64,000 nucleotides of DNA, taken from assembly GCA_002483445.1 (NCBI GenBank), contig DLHY01000007.1, positions 86,114-150,113 of the forward strand, given 5' to 3'. Positions 38,217 to 47,924 of this stretch are shown in pieces. The notes under the pieces are model-generated. The model ran no database searches. It worked only from the letters and a program-made list of their open reading frames with translations, and was not told where the DNA came from. The DNA is from Blastocatellia bacterium UBA7656 (GTDB taxonomy: Bacteria; Acidobacteriota; Blastocatellia; UBA7656). How positions within the stretch are numbered: the stretch's first letter is position 1; each line of letters starts with the position of its first letter. The position numbers and the translations under genes are program-made.

Positions 38217-38546
38217 TTCCAGGTTCCTTTTTTTATTTGGCGTTGATTAAAAGTAAAGCTGTTTCTGCTGCCGCGTAGCGGCCTCGTGAATTTAGCCCGG
38301 TGTTTCAACGCCGGGAAATGTCGAGCCTGTTTATCCTCGTCGCGCGAGCGACGATTGAATCACTCAACCGTCGCTGACGCGACGAGGATATCTACGCGCG
38401 TTTGTCCGCGCACTAAAGTACGCGGCTACACTCAACCGCCGCTACGCGGCAAAGCCGGAGCAGTCATTTCGCTCCTCAACATTCAGCCCGCCAGTGCAAA
38501 TGAATAATCGAAAGCAGCAGCCGACGCAAGCCTAAGGTCGACCGAG

Positions 38547-39098
38547 TCATCTTTTATGCTCTTCAAGCATATTGCAAAACAGCGCGCCCTGCTCTATCGC
38601 GTCGTCCAATGCCTGATGCGTGTGCGGAAGATCGTCGAACCAGCGACGAGGCATCTGGCGTTTCGTCGATTCGCGGTAGCCGGTTTTCATCATCGCCATC
38701 GCGAAAGTTTTTATGTCGAGCGCGGAATGCGAAAAAGGGTTTTCGCCCGTGAAGCGTATCAAATACCACGCGACGAACATGAAATCGAAAGCCGCGGGGT
38801 AGCCCACGAAGACCGGATCTCCGGGCAGGCGTTTGAGCCACGCGAGATATTTTTTCATAGCGGCCCGCGGCGGCTGAAGGTCTTCGCGGCAGGCTCGCCA
38901 AGCTTCCGGCTGAGTCTGCCACCATCGCATGGTTTTCGGATGGCCCGTGGCGTCGGGCAGCGTTTCGAGATTGGCCGTAAACGTGCTGATCAGAAGCTTG
39001 TCTGCTGTGTACGCAGCCGACGCGAAGCTCAACATCGAGTGCGGCCCCGGTATAGGGCCGTCGGTTTCAACATCCGTGCTGACATAGATTTCTGTCAT
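38547..39098 (-). CDS. DEDDh 3'-5' exonuclease domain protein (DnaQ-like)
   Basis: Exo I motif [10 protein letters not shown], Exo [14 protein letters not shown], Exo III HQALDDA. Confidence 0.75.
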   Translation of the reverse strand: MTEIYVSTDVETDGPIPGPHSMLSFASAAYTADKLLISTFTANLETLPDATGHPKTMRWWQTQPEAWRACREDLQPPRAAMKKYLAWLKRLPGDPVFVGYPAAFDFMFVAWYLIRFTGENPFSHSALDIKTFAMAMMKTGYRESTKRQMPRRWFDDLPHTHQALDDAIEQGALFCNMLEEHKR

Positions 39099-39112
39099 AT
39101 TCCTCGAAAAAA

Positions 39113-39185
39113 GTGGCGCAAGCTGTTAGCTTGCGTGACCTTCAATGTTCGTACTTTCAGGGCGCGCAATCTGACCGCATTGCGC
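39113..39185. repeat. REP-like palindromic element, copy 3
   Basis: gtggcgcaagctgttagcttgcg + cgtactttcaggg + gcgcaat-ctgaccgc-attgcgc. Confidence 0.7.
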
Positions 39186-39199
39186 CACAAGGCTCTTTT

Positions 39200-39874
39200 C
39201 TATTTCTCCAGCATCGGGCGAAGATGCCTGTACACATTTTCAACGACCATCTTCGTCCCCTCTCGGTTCGGATGAATGCCGTCCGGTTGATTGAGCCGTT
39301 CCATCCCTCCCACTCCTTCGAGGAAAAACGGAATCAACTCCGTGTCGTGTTCTCGCGCAAGATCGATGAATGCCTGACGGGCTTCCCTGCGATACTCAGG
39401 CCCCGCGTTCGTTGGAGCTTCCATCCCTGCAAGCAGCACTCGCGCCCCCTTCGCTTTGGCGCGAAGTACGATCTGGCCGAGATTTTTTTTCATCTCCGCG
39501 ATGGGCTGAAAGCGAAGGATATCATTTGCGCCGAGTTCGACTATCACAATGCGCACATCGCCATCCATCGCCCAGTCGATTCGTCTCACGCCTCCTGCCG
39601 ATGTGTCGCCTGAAACACCGGCATTGACCACTTCGTATCTGAATCCGTCAGCATCGAGTCGCTTTTGCAAAAGGGATGGATAGCTTTCGGGAGGACTGAG
39701 TCCGTAACCGGCTGTGAGGCTGTCGCCGAAAGCGACTATCTTAGGTAAACTCTTTGCTGGCGCTTTGGACGCCGCTGTTGAGGCGGGCGGCTCGCTCGAT
39801 TCAGTGGGCTGGCTGTTGCACGATGCAAAAGCTGCGGCTCCGATTAAAATAAAAAAGAGCAGAAATTTTTTCAT
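39200..39874 (-). CDS. tesA: SGNH/GDSL hydrolase, TesA-like (lysophospholipase L1/acyl-CoA thioesterase I), lipoprotein signal
   Basis: KIVAFGDSLTAGYG (GDS block) and DGIHPNREG (block V). Start at MKKFLLFF. Divergent from the ybbA-like gene with overlapping start codons (tCATGa). Confidence 0.85.
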   Translation of the reverse strand: MKKFLLFFILIGAAAFASCNSQPTESSEPPASTAASKAPAKSLPKIVAFGDSLTAGYGLSPPESYPSLLQKRLDADGFRYEVVNAGVSGDTSAGGVRRIDWAMDGDVRIVIVELGANDILRFQPIAEMKKNLGQIVLRAKAKGARVLLAGMEAPTNAGPEYRREARQAFIDLAREHDTELIPFFLEGVGGMERLNQPDGIHPNREGTKMVVENVYRHLRPMLEK

Positions 39875-40574
39875 GATAGAACTCAGCAAGGTATCGAAAA
39901 TCGTCCCTTCCGGCTCGGAGATGCTCACCATTCTTCACGCGCTCGACCTCATAATACCCGATGGGCAATTCATAGCGGTAGTCGGAGCTTCGGGCAGCGG
40001 CAAATCAACCCTGCTTGGTCTCATTGCCGGACTCGATGCGCCGACTTCAGGAGTGATCCGAATCGACGGGCAGGCGATCAACGATATGAGCGAAGATAAA
40101 CTGGCCGAGCTTCGCGGCGAAAAAATCGGCTTCGTCTTTCAGTCGTTTCATCTTATGCCTTCGCTCACCGCCTTTGAAAACGTAATCGTGCCGATGGAGA
40201 TCGCTGGAGTCAGAGACGCCCGTGAGCGCGCCCATCAATTGCTCGAAGATGTAGACCTCCTCGGTCGCGCTCATCATTATCCTTCGCAACTTTCGGGCGG
40301 CGAAAAGCAGCGCATAGCCATCGCTCGCGCTTTTGCAAACGATCCTTCCATACTGCTCGCCGACGAACCTACGGGAAATCTCGATTCCCGAAACGGCAGG
40401 CACGTTTTGGAACTGATGACCGAGATGAACAGCCGCCGCAATACTACGCTCATTCTGGTCACGCATGATGCCGAGATAGCGGCGATGGCCGACCGTCAGA
40501 TTTCGCTGCGCGACGGACGGGTGATAAATGACACGGGCGCGCAGACCCCGGAGATGGAGGCTTCCGAAGTATGA
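39873..40574 (+). CDS. ybbA: ABC transporter ATP-binding protein (YbbA/LolD-like)
   Basis: Start at MIELSKV. Walker A GASGSGKST, signature LSGGEKQRIAIARA, Walker B LLADEPTGNLD. Confidence 0.85.
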   Translation: MIELSKVSKIVPSGSEMLTILHALDLIIPDGQFIAVVGASGSGKSTLLGLIAGLDAPTSGVIRIDGQAINDMSEDKLAELRGEKIGFVFQSFHLMPSLTAFENVIVPMEIAGVRDARERAHQLLEDVDLLGRAHHYPSQLSGGEKQRIAIARAFANDPSILLADEPTGNLDSRNGRHVLELMTEMNSRRNTTLILVTHDAEIAAMADRQISLRDGRVINDTGAQTPEMEASEV

Positions 40575-43096
40575 AGTTCATTCTGCAAATGGCGCGACGT
40601 GATTTGAGGGCTTCGTGGAAGAGGCTCCTGTTTTTCTTCATCTGTATAGCCATCGGCGTCTGCTCGATAGTCGCTTTGCGCTCGATGACTCAAAATGTCA
40701 ATCGCGCAATCGCGGGCGAAGCTCGCTCTCTGCTCACGGCAGATGTTCAGGTGGATTCCAATCGCCCGTGGAGTGAAGAAACACTTTCGATCATCGATAA
40801 GACGGCTCGCTCTCCCAGGGCGGTGGGGAAGATCGAAACCATCGAATCCGCGACGATGCTGCGTCCGGCGGGCGAAGATAAAGAGGGCGCGTTGATGATC
40901 GAGCTTAAAGGCATCGATGAGGGATTTCCTCTCTACGGCGATTTCTTGCTTTTGAATGGCGAGAGGTTCGATTACTCGATGCTCGCAAACAGCGGGGCAG
41001 TCGTTCAGTCTGCCCTGCTCGACAGATTGAGCCTTCAGGTCGGCGATGAAGTGAAGATCGGGCTGAAGCTTTTTCAGATTCGCGCAGTGTTCAAAGAGGA
41101 GCCGGGAGGCACGGGCGGCTTTCGCCTCGGCCCGCGAGTCTTCATCGAAAGAGCGGCTCTCGAAGGTGCGGGGCTGACGGGATTCGGCAGTCGCGCAAGA
41201 AGGAAATTTTTGTTCACCGCGCCCGAAGGCGGAATGCCCGCGCTCGTCGCTCAACTGAAAGCTGATCTCAAAAGTCAACTCGTCAACGTGCGCTCGTACA
41301 AAGACGCGCAGGAAAATCTCTCGGATCAAATCAGCCGCGCTGAGGATTATCTGTCGCTTACGGGTTTGATCATTTTAGTCCTGGGAGGGCTTGGCATATC
41401 GAATGTCACGAGAGTGTTTATCGATCAGAAGAAAAAATCCATCGCCGTTCTGAAATGCCTCGGCGGGACGGGGCGAAAGATCACCTTCGTTTATCTCGCT
41501 CAGATTCTCACACTCGGACTTGCGGGAAGCGCCCTGGGGATAGCGATGGCGAAAGGCGTTTTGAAACTCGTGTCGCATTACTTCGCCGACCGCCTGCCGC
41601 AGAATCTTGATTACGGTCTCGACCTGTGGGCGGTGCTTCAGGGGCTTGGCGTGGGAATGCTGATTTGCATACTCTTTTCGGCTCTGCCGCTGCTTCGCAT
41701 TCGACGCATAAAACCGAACGTGCTTCTGCGCGACGAAGACGAAGGGCCGCGAAAGAGATTCGATCTTCTGCGCTGGACTACCGGCGCGATAGTGCTTGCG
41801 GGACTTGTTTTCGTCGTGTCGTGGCAGGCGGGATCGTTCAGAGTGGGAGGACTTTTTCTCGCGGGGCTTGCGGTGACGGCAGGCGCGTTGCAGCTTGCCG
41901 CGATGCTTTTGATATGGCTCGTGCGGAGGATGAAAAACATTTCTTCATTTCCTCTGCGTCAGGCCATCAACAGTATGCATCGACCGGGCAATCAGACTCG
42001 CATCATCGTAACGGTCGTCGGGCTTGGAGTGTTTCTGATCGTCGCCACGCGCTCGATTCAAACGAACCTTCTGTATGAATTCGATTTCGGTCGCCAGAGC
42101 CAGTTTCCGAATCTGTTTCTGATCGATGTTCAAAAAGACCAGCGGCAGGGCGTCGAAGAACTGGTTGCGCGCGAGACGGGCCAGCGCATCAATCTGATTC
42201 CGACCGTTCGTATGCGAATGGTCGAGATCAACGGGCGCGAGATCGATTTCGAGCAATCCGAGATGAGACGCGAGCGCGGGCGGCTGGGGCGCGAGTACGT
42301 CGTGACATATCGCCCGAACCTTGAAGAAAACGAAGATATCGTCGCGGGCGAGTTCTGGAATAATGAGCCTTCCGAGGAGCCTGAAGTTTCGGTCGAAGAG
42401 AGTATGCGAGGGCTTGGAGGACTGGACATCGACAGCACGATCACGTTCGATGTTCAGGGCCGCCGCATCACTGCGCGAGTCACAAGTATGCGTCACGTCG
42501 AATGGAGAAGCTCGCGCACAGGGTTTATGGTGTTATTCCGTCCGGGGTCTCTGGATAATGCCCCGACGATGATGGTCGGCGCGATTGACGGCCCGACCGA
42601 AGAAGGGGAGAGGGCGCGATTTCAGAGCGCATTGCTCGATGTGTTCCCGAACATTTCGGTCATCGACGTGACTGATATTATCAAGAACGTCAAGCGAATA
42701 GTCGGCAACGTGACGCTTGCGGTTTCCTTCGTCGGCTTATTCGTTTTCCTCAGCGGCGCGTTGATACTGGTAGGCTCGATTGCGATGACCAAATTCCAGC
42801 GCATCTACGAAGCTGCTGTGCTGAAGACTCTGGGGGCGAAGAAAAAAGTTCTGCTGATGATTCTGATCGCTGAGTATGGTTTGCTCGGGTTTGTCGCAGG
42901 GGTGATCGGATCGGCAGCCGCGATGGGATTGTCTTACGGAGCTTCGCGGTATGTGTTCGACATCGAGTGGAATTCAACGCCGGAAATAAACCTCGCAGGG
43001 GTAGCGGCGACGATAGCTTTAGTGATCGTTGTCGGTTCGATTTCGACTTTCGATGTGCTTACGAAAAAGCCGCTCGGCATACTGCGGGCGCAGTAG
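40571..43096 (+). CDS. ybbP: FtsX-family ABC transporter permease (YbbP-like, duplicated 4+4 TM with large periplasmic domains)
   Basis: 841 aa with two FtsX modules. ATGA overlap with the upstream ATPase gene. Confidence 0.85.
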   Translation: MKFILQMARRDLRASWKRLLFFFICIAIGVCSIVALRSMTQNVNRAIAGEARSLLTADVQVDSNRPWSEETLSIIDKTARSPRAVGKIETIESATMLRPAGEDKEGALMIELKGIDEGFPLYGDFLLLNGERFDYSMLANSGAVVQSALLDRLSLQVGDEVKIGLKLFQIRAVFKEEPGGTGGFRLGPRVFIERAALEGAGLTGFGSRARRKFLFTAPEGGMPALVAQLKADLKSQLVNVRSYKDAQENLSDQISRAEDYLSLTGLIILVLGGLGISNVTRVFIDQKKKSIAVLKCLGGTGRKITFVYLAQILTLGLAGSALGIAMAKGVLKLVSHYFADRLPQNLDYGLDLWAVLQGLGVGMLICILFSALPLLRIRRIKPNVLLRDEDEGPRKRFDLLRWTTGAIVLAGLVFVVSWQAGSFRVGGLFLAGLAVTAGALQLAAMLLIWLVRRMKNISSFPLRQAINSMHRPGNQTRIIVTVVGLGVFLIVATRSIQTNLLYEFDFGRQSQFPNLFLIDVQKDQRQGVEELVARETGQRINLIPTVRMRMVEINGREIDFEQSEMRRERGRLGREYVVTYRPNLEENEDIVAGEFWNNEPSEEPEVSVEESMRGLGGLDIDSTITFDVQGRRITARVTSMRHVEWRSSRTGFMVLFRPGSLDNAPTMMVGAIDGPTEEGERARFQSALLDVFPNISVIDVTDIIKNVKRIVGNVTLAVSFVGLFVFLSGALILVGSIAMTKFQRIYEAAVLKTLGAKKKVLLMILIAEYGLLGFVAGVIGSAAAMGLSYGASRYVFDIEWNSTPEINLAGVAATIALVIVVGSISTFDVLTKKPLGILRAQ

Positions 43097-43146
43097 TTTT
43101 TTCAGTAAAGTTCAGGCTTTGGGCTGAATCAGAAGAACAGCCGCGA

Positions 43147-43683
43147 TTATTTTTCTTTTGCAGGCGAGGCGATTTTCAGAAACTCCTGCGGCTCAATCAC
43201 CTTGAGCCGTCTGAGCTTTTGTCGAAACTCTTTGCATTCGTTCGTGTGTCCCTTCATGAGATCAAGCAGGTCTTTATCGCGGCTTACGATGTAGTCGGCA
43301 TTTGCGACTATCGCGAGATTGATATAAGGCTCGTCTTTCGGATCGCGTGCATAGGCAAACTTTTTTGGGGCATTTTCAATAACTGAGGCTTTCTTCCTGA
43401 GATTTTCGATAAGTTTGTCAGATCGCTCTCTGGTGAGAAGAGGGTAGCGGGCTTGGAGCTTGGGGCGGGTTAAAACGTCAGAGATTTCGGCAAGGATTTC
43501 ATCGCTTACAAAAAGCTTGACATCTCCTTTTTCAAATAGCTCAAGGCAGGCGACCGCAGGATTAGCTTCCCGGATCAAGCTTTGCAGAAAAATCATACAG
43601 TCGAAGACGACCGACGGAATATTTTTCTTCTCACTCACTCTTCCTCTGTCGTTCCTGATAAGCTTCTTCGCGGGCTTCCTCAA
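43147..43683 (-). CDS. PIN-domain toxin (TIGR00305-type putative TA toxin)
   Basis: VVFDCMIFLQSL...FVSDEILAEI...ADYIVSRDKDLLDL pattern. Confidence 0.65.
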   Translation of the reverse strand: MRKPAKKLIRNDRGRVSEKKNIPSVVFDCMIFLQSLIREANPAVACLELFEKGDVKLFVSDEILAEISDVLTRPKLQARYPLLTRERSDKLIENLRKKASVIENAPKKFAYARDPKDEPYINLAIVANADYIVSRDKDLLDLMKGHTNECKEFRQKLRRLKVIEPQEFLKIASPAKEK

Positions 43684-43906
43684 GAAGCGCGTCTAATTCT
43701 TCTTCAGAGATTCCGCTTTCTTTGATTTGCTCTCTTACTGGCGCAAACAAGACCCGCAGGCTGATGGATGAAGCAAGGTCTTCTTCGATGAGATAGCGGA
43801 CATACTCAGGCGCGGTTGTGCCAACCTCTTCGGCTCTTTCGCGGAGGGCTTGTACGACTGACTCCGGCAGGTTGCTGATCTCAAGTGTAGTTGATTCCAT
43901 TTTCAT
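43631..43906 (-). CDS. putative antitoxin partner of PIN toxin
   Basis: Small 91-aa acidic ORF that overlaps the toxin start. Confidence 0.45.
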   Translation of the reverse strand: MKMESTTLEISNLPESVVQALRERAEEVGTTAPEYVRYLIEEDLASSISLRVLFAPVREQIKESGISEEELDALLEEAREEAYQERQRKSE

Positions 43907-44034
43907 TACCCCCTTCGCCGCTAGCCCACTTTACCACAACTGCTCTCGAATTCTCCTGAATAAAGAATTACGGTCGCAATTCTCGTTGGAGAGAAACATT
44001 TCCAATTCTACTTCTCCGCAAAGCGTAAAAGAGC

Positions 44035-45924
44035 CTAGCGTAACGTCTTCACAAGGCGGAAGCCGACAGTGTGGAATGGTTGATCAGGCTTGCTACGGTT
44101 GCGGAACGCCGACCGCAAGTCCCGCGCGAAGATCGACCAAGCGCCGCCACGTAATACCCGGAGATTTGTATCACCGCCTTCCCAAACGCTTCCATCGTTC
44201 GGCGCACCTTCATAGTTTCCATGCCAGTTGTCCATGCACCACTCCCACACATTTCCATGCATATCGTGCAGCCCGAATCCGTTTGGTTTCTTTTGACCGA
44301 CGGAATGAGTCTTGCTATCAGGGTCGTCGAAGTACCATGCCATATCATCCAGCCTTCCCGCATACGGTACTGTCGTCGTCGCACGGCACGCATACTCCCA
44401 TTCCGCTTCCGTCGGCAATCGATACGTCTTCCCCGTCGCTTTTGACAACCGTTCGCAAAATTCTATCGCTTCTACCCAACTCACCCTCTCAACAGGCAGG
44501 TCGTCGCCCTCGAAATGCGACGGGTCGGGATTCAAGTCAATCTTCACCTTCGTCAATTTCGTCGCAACAGCCCGCCACTGCGCCTGCGTCACTTCGTACC
44601 TGCCCATGTAAAACGACGACACCATCACCTCATGTCTCGGCCCTTCGTTGGGGTGCCGGTGTTTTTCAGTATCAAGCGATCCCATCCAGAATTTCCCGGC
44701 AGGCACGCGAACTATCTCTATCGAAACGCCGTCGATGGTCTCAGTGTAGGTTTGCAGTTCCACATGCTCCTGTTTGCTTTCACTTGATGGAGCAGGTTGC
44801 GTGTTCGTCGGATTGGTCGAAGTCGACTTTGCCACTTCCAGTTGGCGCACCCGGTTTCGAGCAAGCCCCGCGAATCTGCCGTTCGGATACTCTTTCAAAT
44901 ACTCGCGGAAATCCTCCGCGTCCGAACTGTTCTTGATGCTCTCCCAGAATGACAATTCAACCGCAGCAGCATCCACACCTGTCGGATTGCTCGCCGGAGC
45001 AGTCACTCGCACCGTTACTGAAATGACAAGCTCATCAGCCCTGTATCCTTCGATGTAAGCCCACGGGCGTTGCTTTTTCTCCTGCCCAATATCCATCTGC
45101 ACCCGGCGCGGCACTTTCTCCTGAAGATATCGCACAAGCCCCGCAAGCGTCACCTCTCCCCGCTCGTTCGCCGCTTCGCCCTTCAATCCCTCGACCAGAA
45201 ACCATGTGAAGTATCCCTGATTCTTTTCCGTGTACTCATAAGCCCGCTCGCCTACTTCCGTTGCATAAATCGTCGCAAACGCTTCGACCTCACGGTTCCG
45301 CGTATCGAAGTCGAAGCGATAGGCTCTCGACATAGGGTTGACTCCGTCCGCTCGTCCGCCCGGATCGTTGCGGCAGGCATCGAGTATGACGAGTACCTGT
45401 TTCGCGCCCGTCTGTCGAATCAAATCCTTCATCTGTGAAACTGAGATCGAGGTATTTTCGAGAAGCGAGAGGCTGCCGACTCGTACATCCCAGGGCAGGA
45501 GAAAGGCTCGCTCTCCACGTTGCATTCCGTGACCGGCGAATGATACGAGCAGCAACCCGTCTCGCGGCACAAGCCCGTTGAGGTTGATCAAACGCTGAAG
45601 TATGTTTGCCCGCGATGGCTCTCGTTCTTCAGGCTCTCCCGTAGCGAGAAGCGTGACCTGATCAGCAGGAAAGCCCGCATACTTTACGAGAGCTTCGGCC
45701 AGAGTTCGTGCGTCTTTCGCAGCGCCGTAGAGAGGATTGATTTGCTTGTCTCGGTATTCATCGACTCCGATGACGAGCGCATAGCGTTTCGATTTATCGG
45801 GCAGTTTGTGGACGACTTTGACTTCTCTCCCCTGATCACGCGAATGCACTTTTGACAGATATGGAAACGAAATCAGAAAGAGACTGAACAGGATTGCAAA
45901 AACTCGCGGCGGTCCGGTTTTCAT
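44035..45924 (-). CDS. secreted caspase-like (peptidase C14) domain fused to FGE-sulfatase domain
   Basis: Signal peptide (MKTGPPRVFAILFSLFLISFP). Caspase His in SFAGHG and Cys in ILDACRND. C-terminal FGE-sulfatase motifs (HGNVWEWC, RGGAW, GFRLV). The start was re-placed at the ATG at 45924, which has an AGGAGAAGG Shine-Dalgarno. Confidence 0.85.
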   Translation of the reverse strand: MKTGPPRVFAILFSLFLISFPYLSKVHSRDQGREVKVVHKLPDKSKRYALVIGVDEYRDKQINPLYGAAKDARTLAEALVKYAGFPADQVTLLATGEPEEREPSRANILQRLINLNGLVPRDGLLLVSFAGHGMQRGERAFLLPWDVRVGSLSLLENTSISVSQMKDLIRQTGAKQVLVILDACRNDPGGRADGVNPMSRAYRFDFDTRNREVEAFATIYATEVGERAYEYTEKNQGYFTWFLVEGLKGEAANERGEVTLAGLVRYLQEKVPRRVQMDIGQEKKQRPWAYIEGYRADELVISVTVRVTAPASNPTGVDAAAVELSFWESIKNSSDAEDFREYLKEYPNGRFAGLARNRVRQLEVAKSTSTNPTNTQPAPSSESKQEHVELQTYTETIDGVSIEIVRVPAGKFWMGSLDTEKHRHPNEGPRHEVMVSSFYMGRYEVTQAQWRAVATKLTKVKIDLNPDPSHFEGDDLPVERVSWVEAIEFCERLSKATGKTYRLPTEAEWEYACRATTTVPYAGRLDDMAWYFDDPDSKTHSVGQKKPNGFGLHDMHGNVWEWCMDNWHGNYEGAPNDGSVWEGGDTNLRVLRGGAWSIFARDLRSAFRNRSKPDQPFHTVGFRLVKTLR

Positions 45925-45961
45925 AGAATCCTTCTCCTGTTCGCAATCACGATTCGGATTA

Positions 45962-46624
45962 TCATTCGGGCCTGTGCGACTCTGCCCATCGTTGCATAGA
46001 GTCGATTGCCTCATCCTGTCCCTCGGTTTTGGCCTGCTCGACGAAACCAGACATCGCGTCATCGGAGAGAAAAGGAAATGCTCGGCTCGAAGCGGCTTCC
46101 GTGTACTGCTCACCCTCAAGCCTGTAGAAGTGCATCCGTTTTCCGTCATAGCGCCATATCTCAGGCACTCCGAGGGCGACATAGATTGAAAACTTCTCTA
46201 TTGACCCGTGGGTGAGATCGATTTCAACGACGAGGTCGGGCGGCAGGTCGATGGAGAGATCGAGTTTCCTTTTGCCGATCATTCGATCAGCATTCTGCAC
46301 CCAGTAACATCCATCAGGTTCCGCGCCTTTGGCTTTCGCCTCGCGCCTGAGCGTAGCCGACCCACGAGTTTCCATGCGCCATCTCAGCCCGCGAGCAAGA
46401 GACCGCAGCAAATCATGAATGATATCTTTGTATGCTTCGCGTTCAGGCAGCGGACTCATAACTTCAAGCCTCCCGTCGTTGAAACTGACCCGGACGTGAT
46501 AGCCCTCGCCGAGATCCGAGAGCAGTTGCTCGTACTCATCCCAGCCGACATCGAACAGACGAAGATGACCGCCCGCAGGCAATCGTTCGATGACTTCGAT
46601 AAAGCTTTGCATCTCTGCGCTCAT
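45962..46624 (-). CDS. Uma2 family endonuclease (DUF820, PD-(D/E)xK fold)
   Basis: IEVIERLPAGGHLRLFDVGWDEYEQLL ... PDLVVEIDL pattern. Confidence 0.75.
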   Translation of the reverse strand: MSAEMQSFIEVIERLPAGGHLRLFDVGWDEYEQLLSDLGEGYHVRVSFNDGRLEVMSPLPEREAYKDIIHDLLRSLARGLRWRMETRGSATLRREAKAKGAEPDGCYWVQNADRMIGKRKLDLSIDLPPDLVVEIDLTHGSIEKFSIYVALGVPEIWRYDGKRMHFYRLEGEQYTEAASSRAFPFLSDDAMSGFVEQAKTEGQDEAIDSMQRWAESHRPE

Positions 46625-46734
46625 TGATAATTTTCTCCGATCTCACAAGTTGTTCGCAGCTAATAGCCGTTTGACCTTTGGCATTATATCATCTGCTGCT
46701 TCTCTTCTGTCTCTGCATAATTTCTTTGAACTGC

Positions 46735-47652
46735 CTAGCGTAACGCTCTCACAAGGCGGAAGCCGAGGTCGGGCGAGCGATAGCTGGGCCTGTCGCCGGA
46801 GCGGAGCGCCGACCGGCAGTTCCGCGCAGAGTCGCCCCAACCGCCGCCGCGAAACACCCTCTCCGAGCCAGCAGATGGCCCCGTCGGATCAACGATCAGA
46901 ATAGGGGTATAGTAATCCTTCGAAAACCAGTCCATGCACCACTCCCACACATTTCCATGCATATCGTACAGCCCGAACCCGTTTGGTTTCTTTTGACCGA
47001 CAGCGTGTGTCTGGCATCCGTTTTCCAGAATTCGTTTGACATAATTGCTCCGATCCGTCTTCCAAATCTTATCCGCATCAAGACGCAATCTGCCCGAATT
47101 ATTTCCATACCAACTCATCCCATCCAGGCTCCCCGCGTGCGGCCCTCCCGTCCCCGCTCTGCACGCATACTCCCACTCCGCTTCCGTAGGCAGGCGATAT
47201 GTCTTTCCCGTCGTCCCGGAAAGCCTTTCACAAAACTCGACAGCTTCTTCCCAACTTACCCGCTCAACCGGCAGGCTGTCGCCTTTGAAACCCGATGGGT
47301 CAGCGTTGAGGTCGATCTTCACCTTAGGCAACGCGGCGACCGCTCGCCATTCGGACTGCGTCACTTCGTACTTCGCCATGTAAAACGACGACACTGATAC
47401 CTGATGCTGCGGCCCTTCATCGCTGTCGCGGTCTGCTTCACCAGCAGGCGATCCCATCAGGAATTTCCCGGCAGGCACAAGAACCATCTCTATCGCCGCG
47501 CCGCCTGCCGTCTCGCTGTAAGTTCGCGGTTCATCAGGCTCTTTCTTCTGATTGCCGGATTGCGCTTCGAAGACGGGCGGAAACGAAATCGAAAGAATCA
47601 AAAACAGTGTGACCCATGTGGCAAAAGCGATACGCAGGGTCTTCGTTTTCAT
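46735..47652 (-). CDS. secreted FGE-sulfatase domain protein (paralog of the C-terminal domain of 44035-45924)
   Basis: FGE-sulfatase motifs are present. Its leader and Shine-Dalgarno are near-identical to the paralog's (PNRD.EQEKDSMKT). Confidence 0.85.
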   Translation of the reverse strand: MKTKTLRIAFATWVTLFLILSISFPPVFEAQSGNQKKEPDEPRTYSETAGGAAIEMVLVPAGKFLMGSPAGEADRDSDEGPQHQVSVSSFYMAKYEVTQSEWRAVAALPKVKIDLNADPSGFKGDSLPVERVSWEEAVEFCERLSGTTGKTYRLPTEAEWEYACRAGTGGPHAGSLDGMSWYGNNSGRLRLDADKIWKTDRSNYVKRILENGCQTHAVGQKKPNGFGLYDMHGNVWEWCMDWFSKDYYTPILIVDPTGPSAGSERVFRGGGWGDSARNCRSALRSGDRPSYRSPDLGFRLVRALR

Positions 47653-47924
47653 AGAATCCTTCTCCTGTTCATAATCACGATTCGGCTTTGCGGCTATTGA
47701 ATCAGAAGCGGAGGATTTCATCAACGCATCGAGGCGATTGAACTTTAAGCTCAACCTGCCTCATTTCAATCACGATCTTCAATGAAGCGAATAACCAGCC
47801 GCCTCCATTTTTCAGGGCAACACTTCAAACATATCCGCTCATCCCACCCCTGCGCTCGCATCCGGGCAGCAGTCCGAATCCCGTTCAACTTTAACTGAAT
47901 CACCCGGCGAGAAGGGGGACAGAC

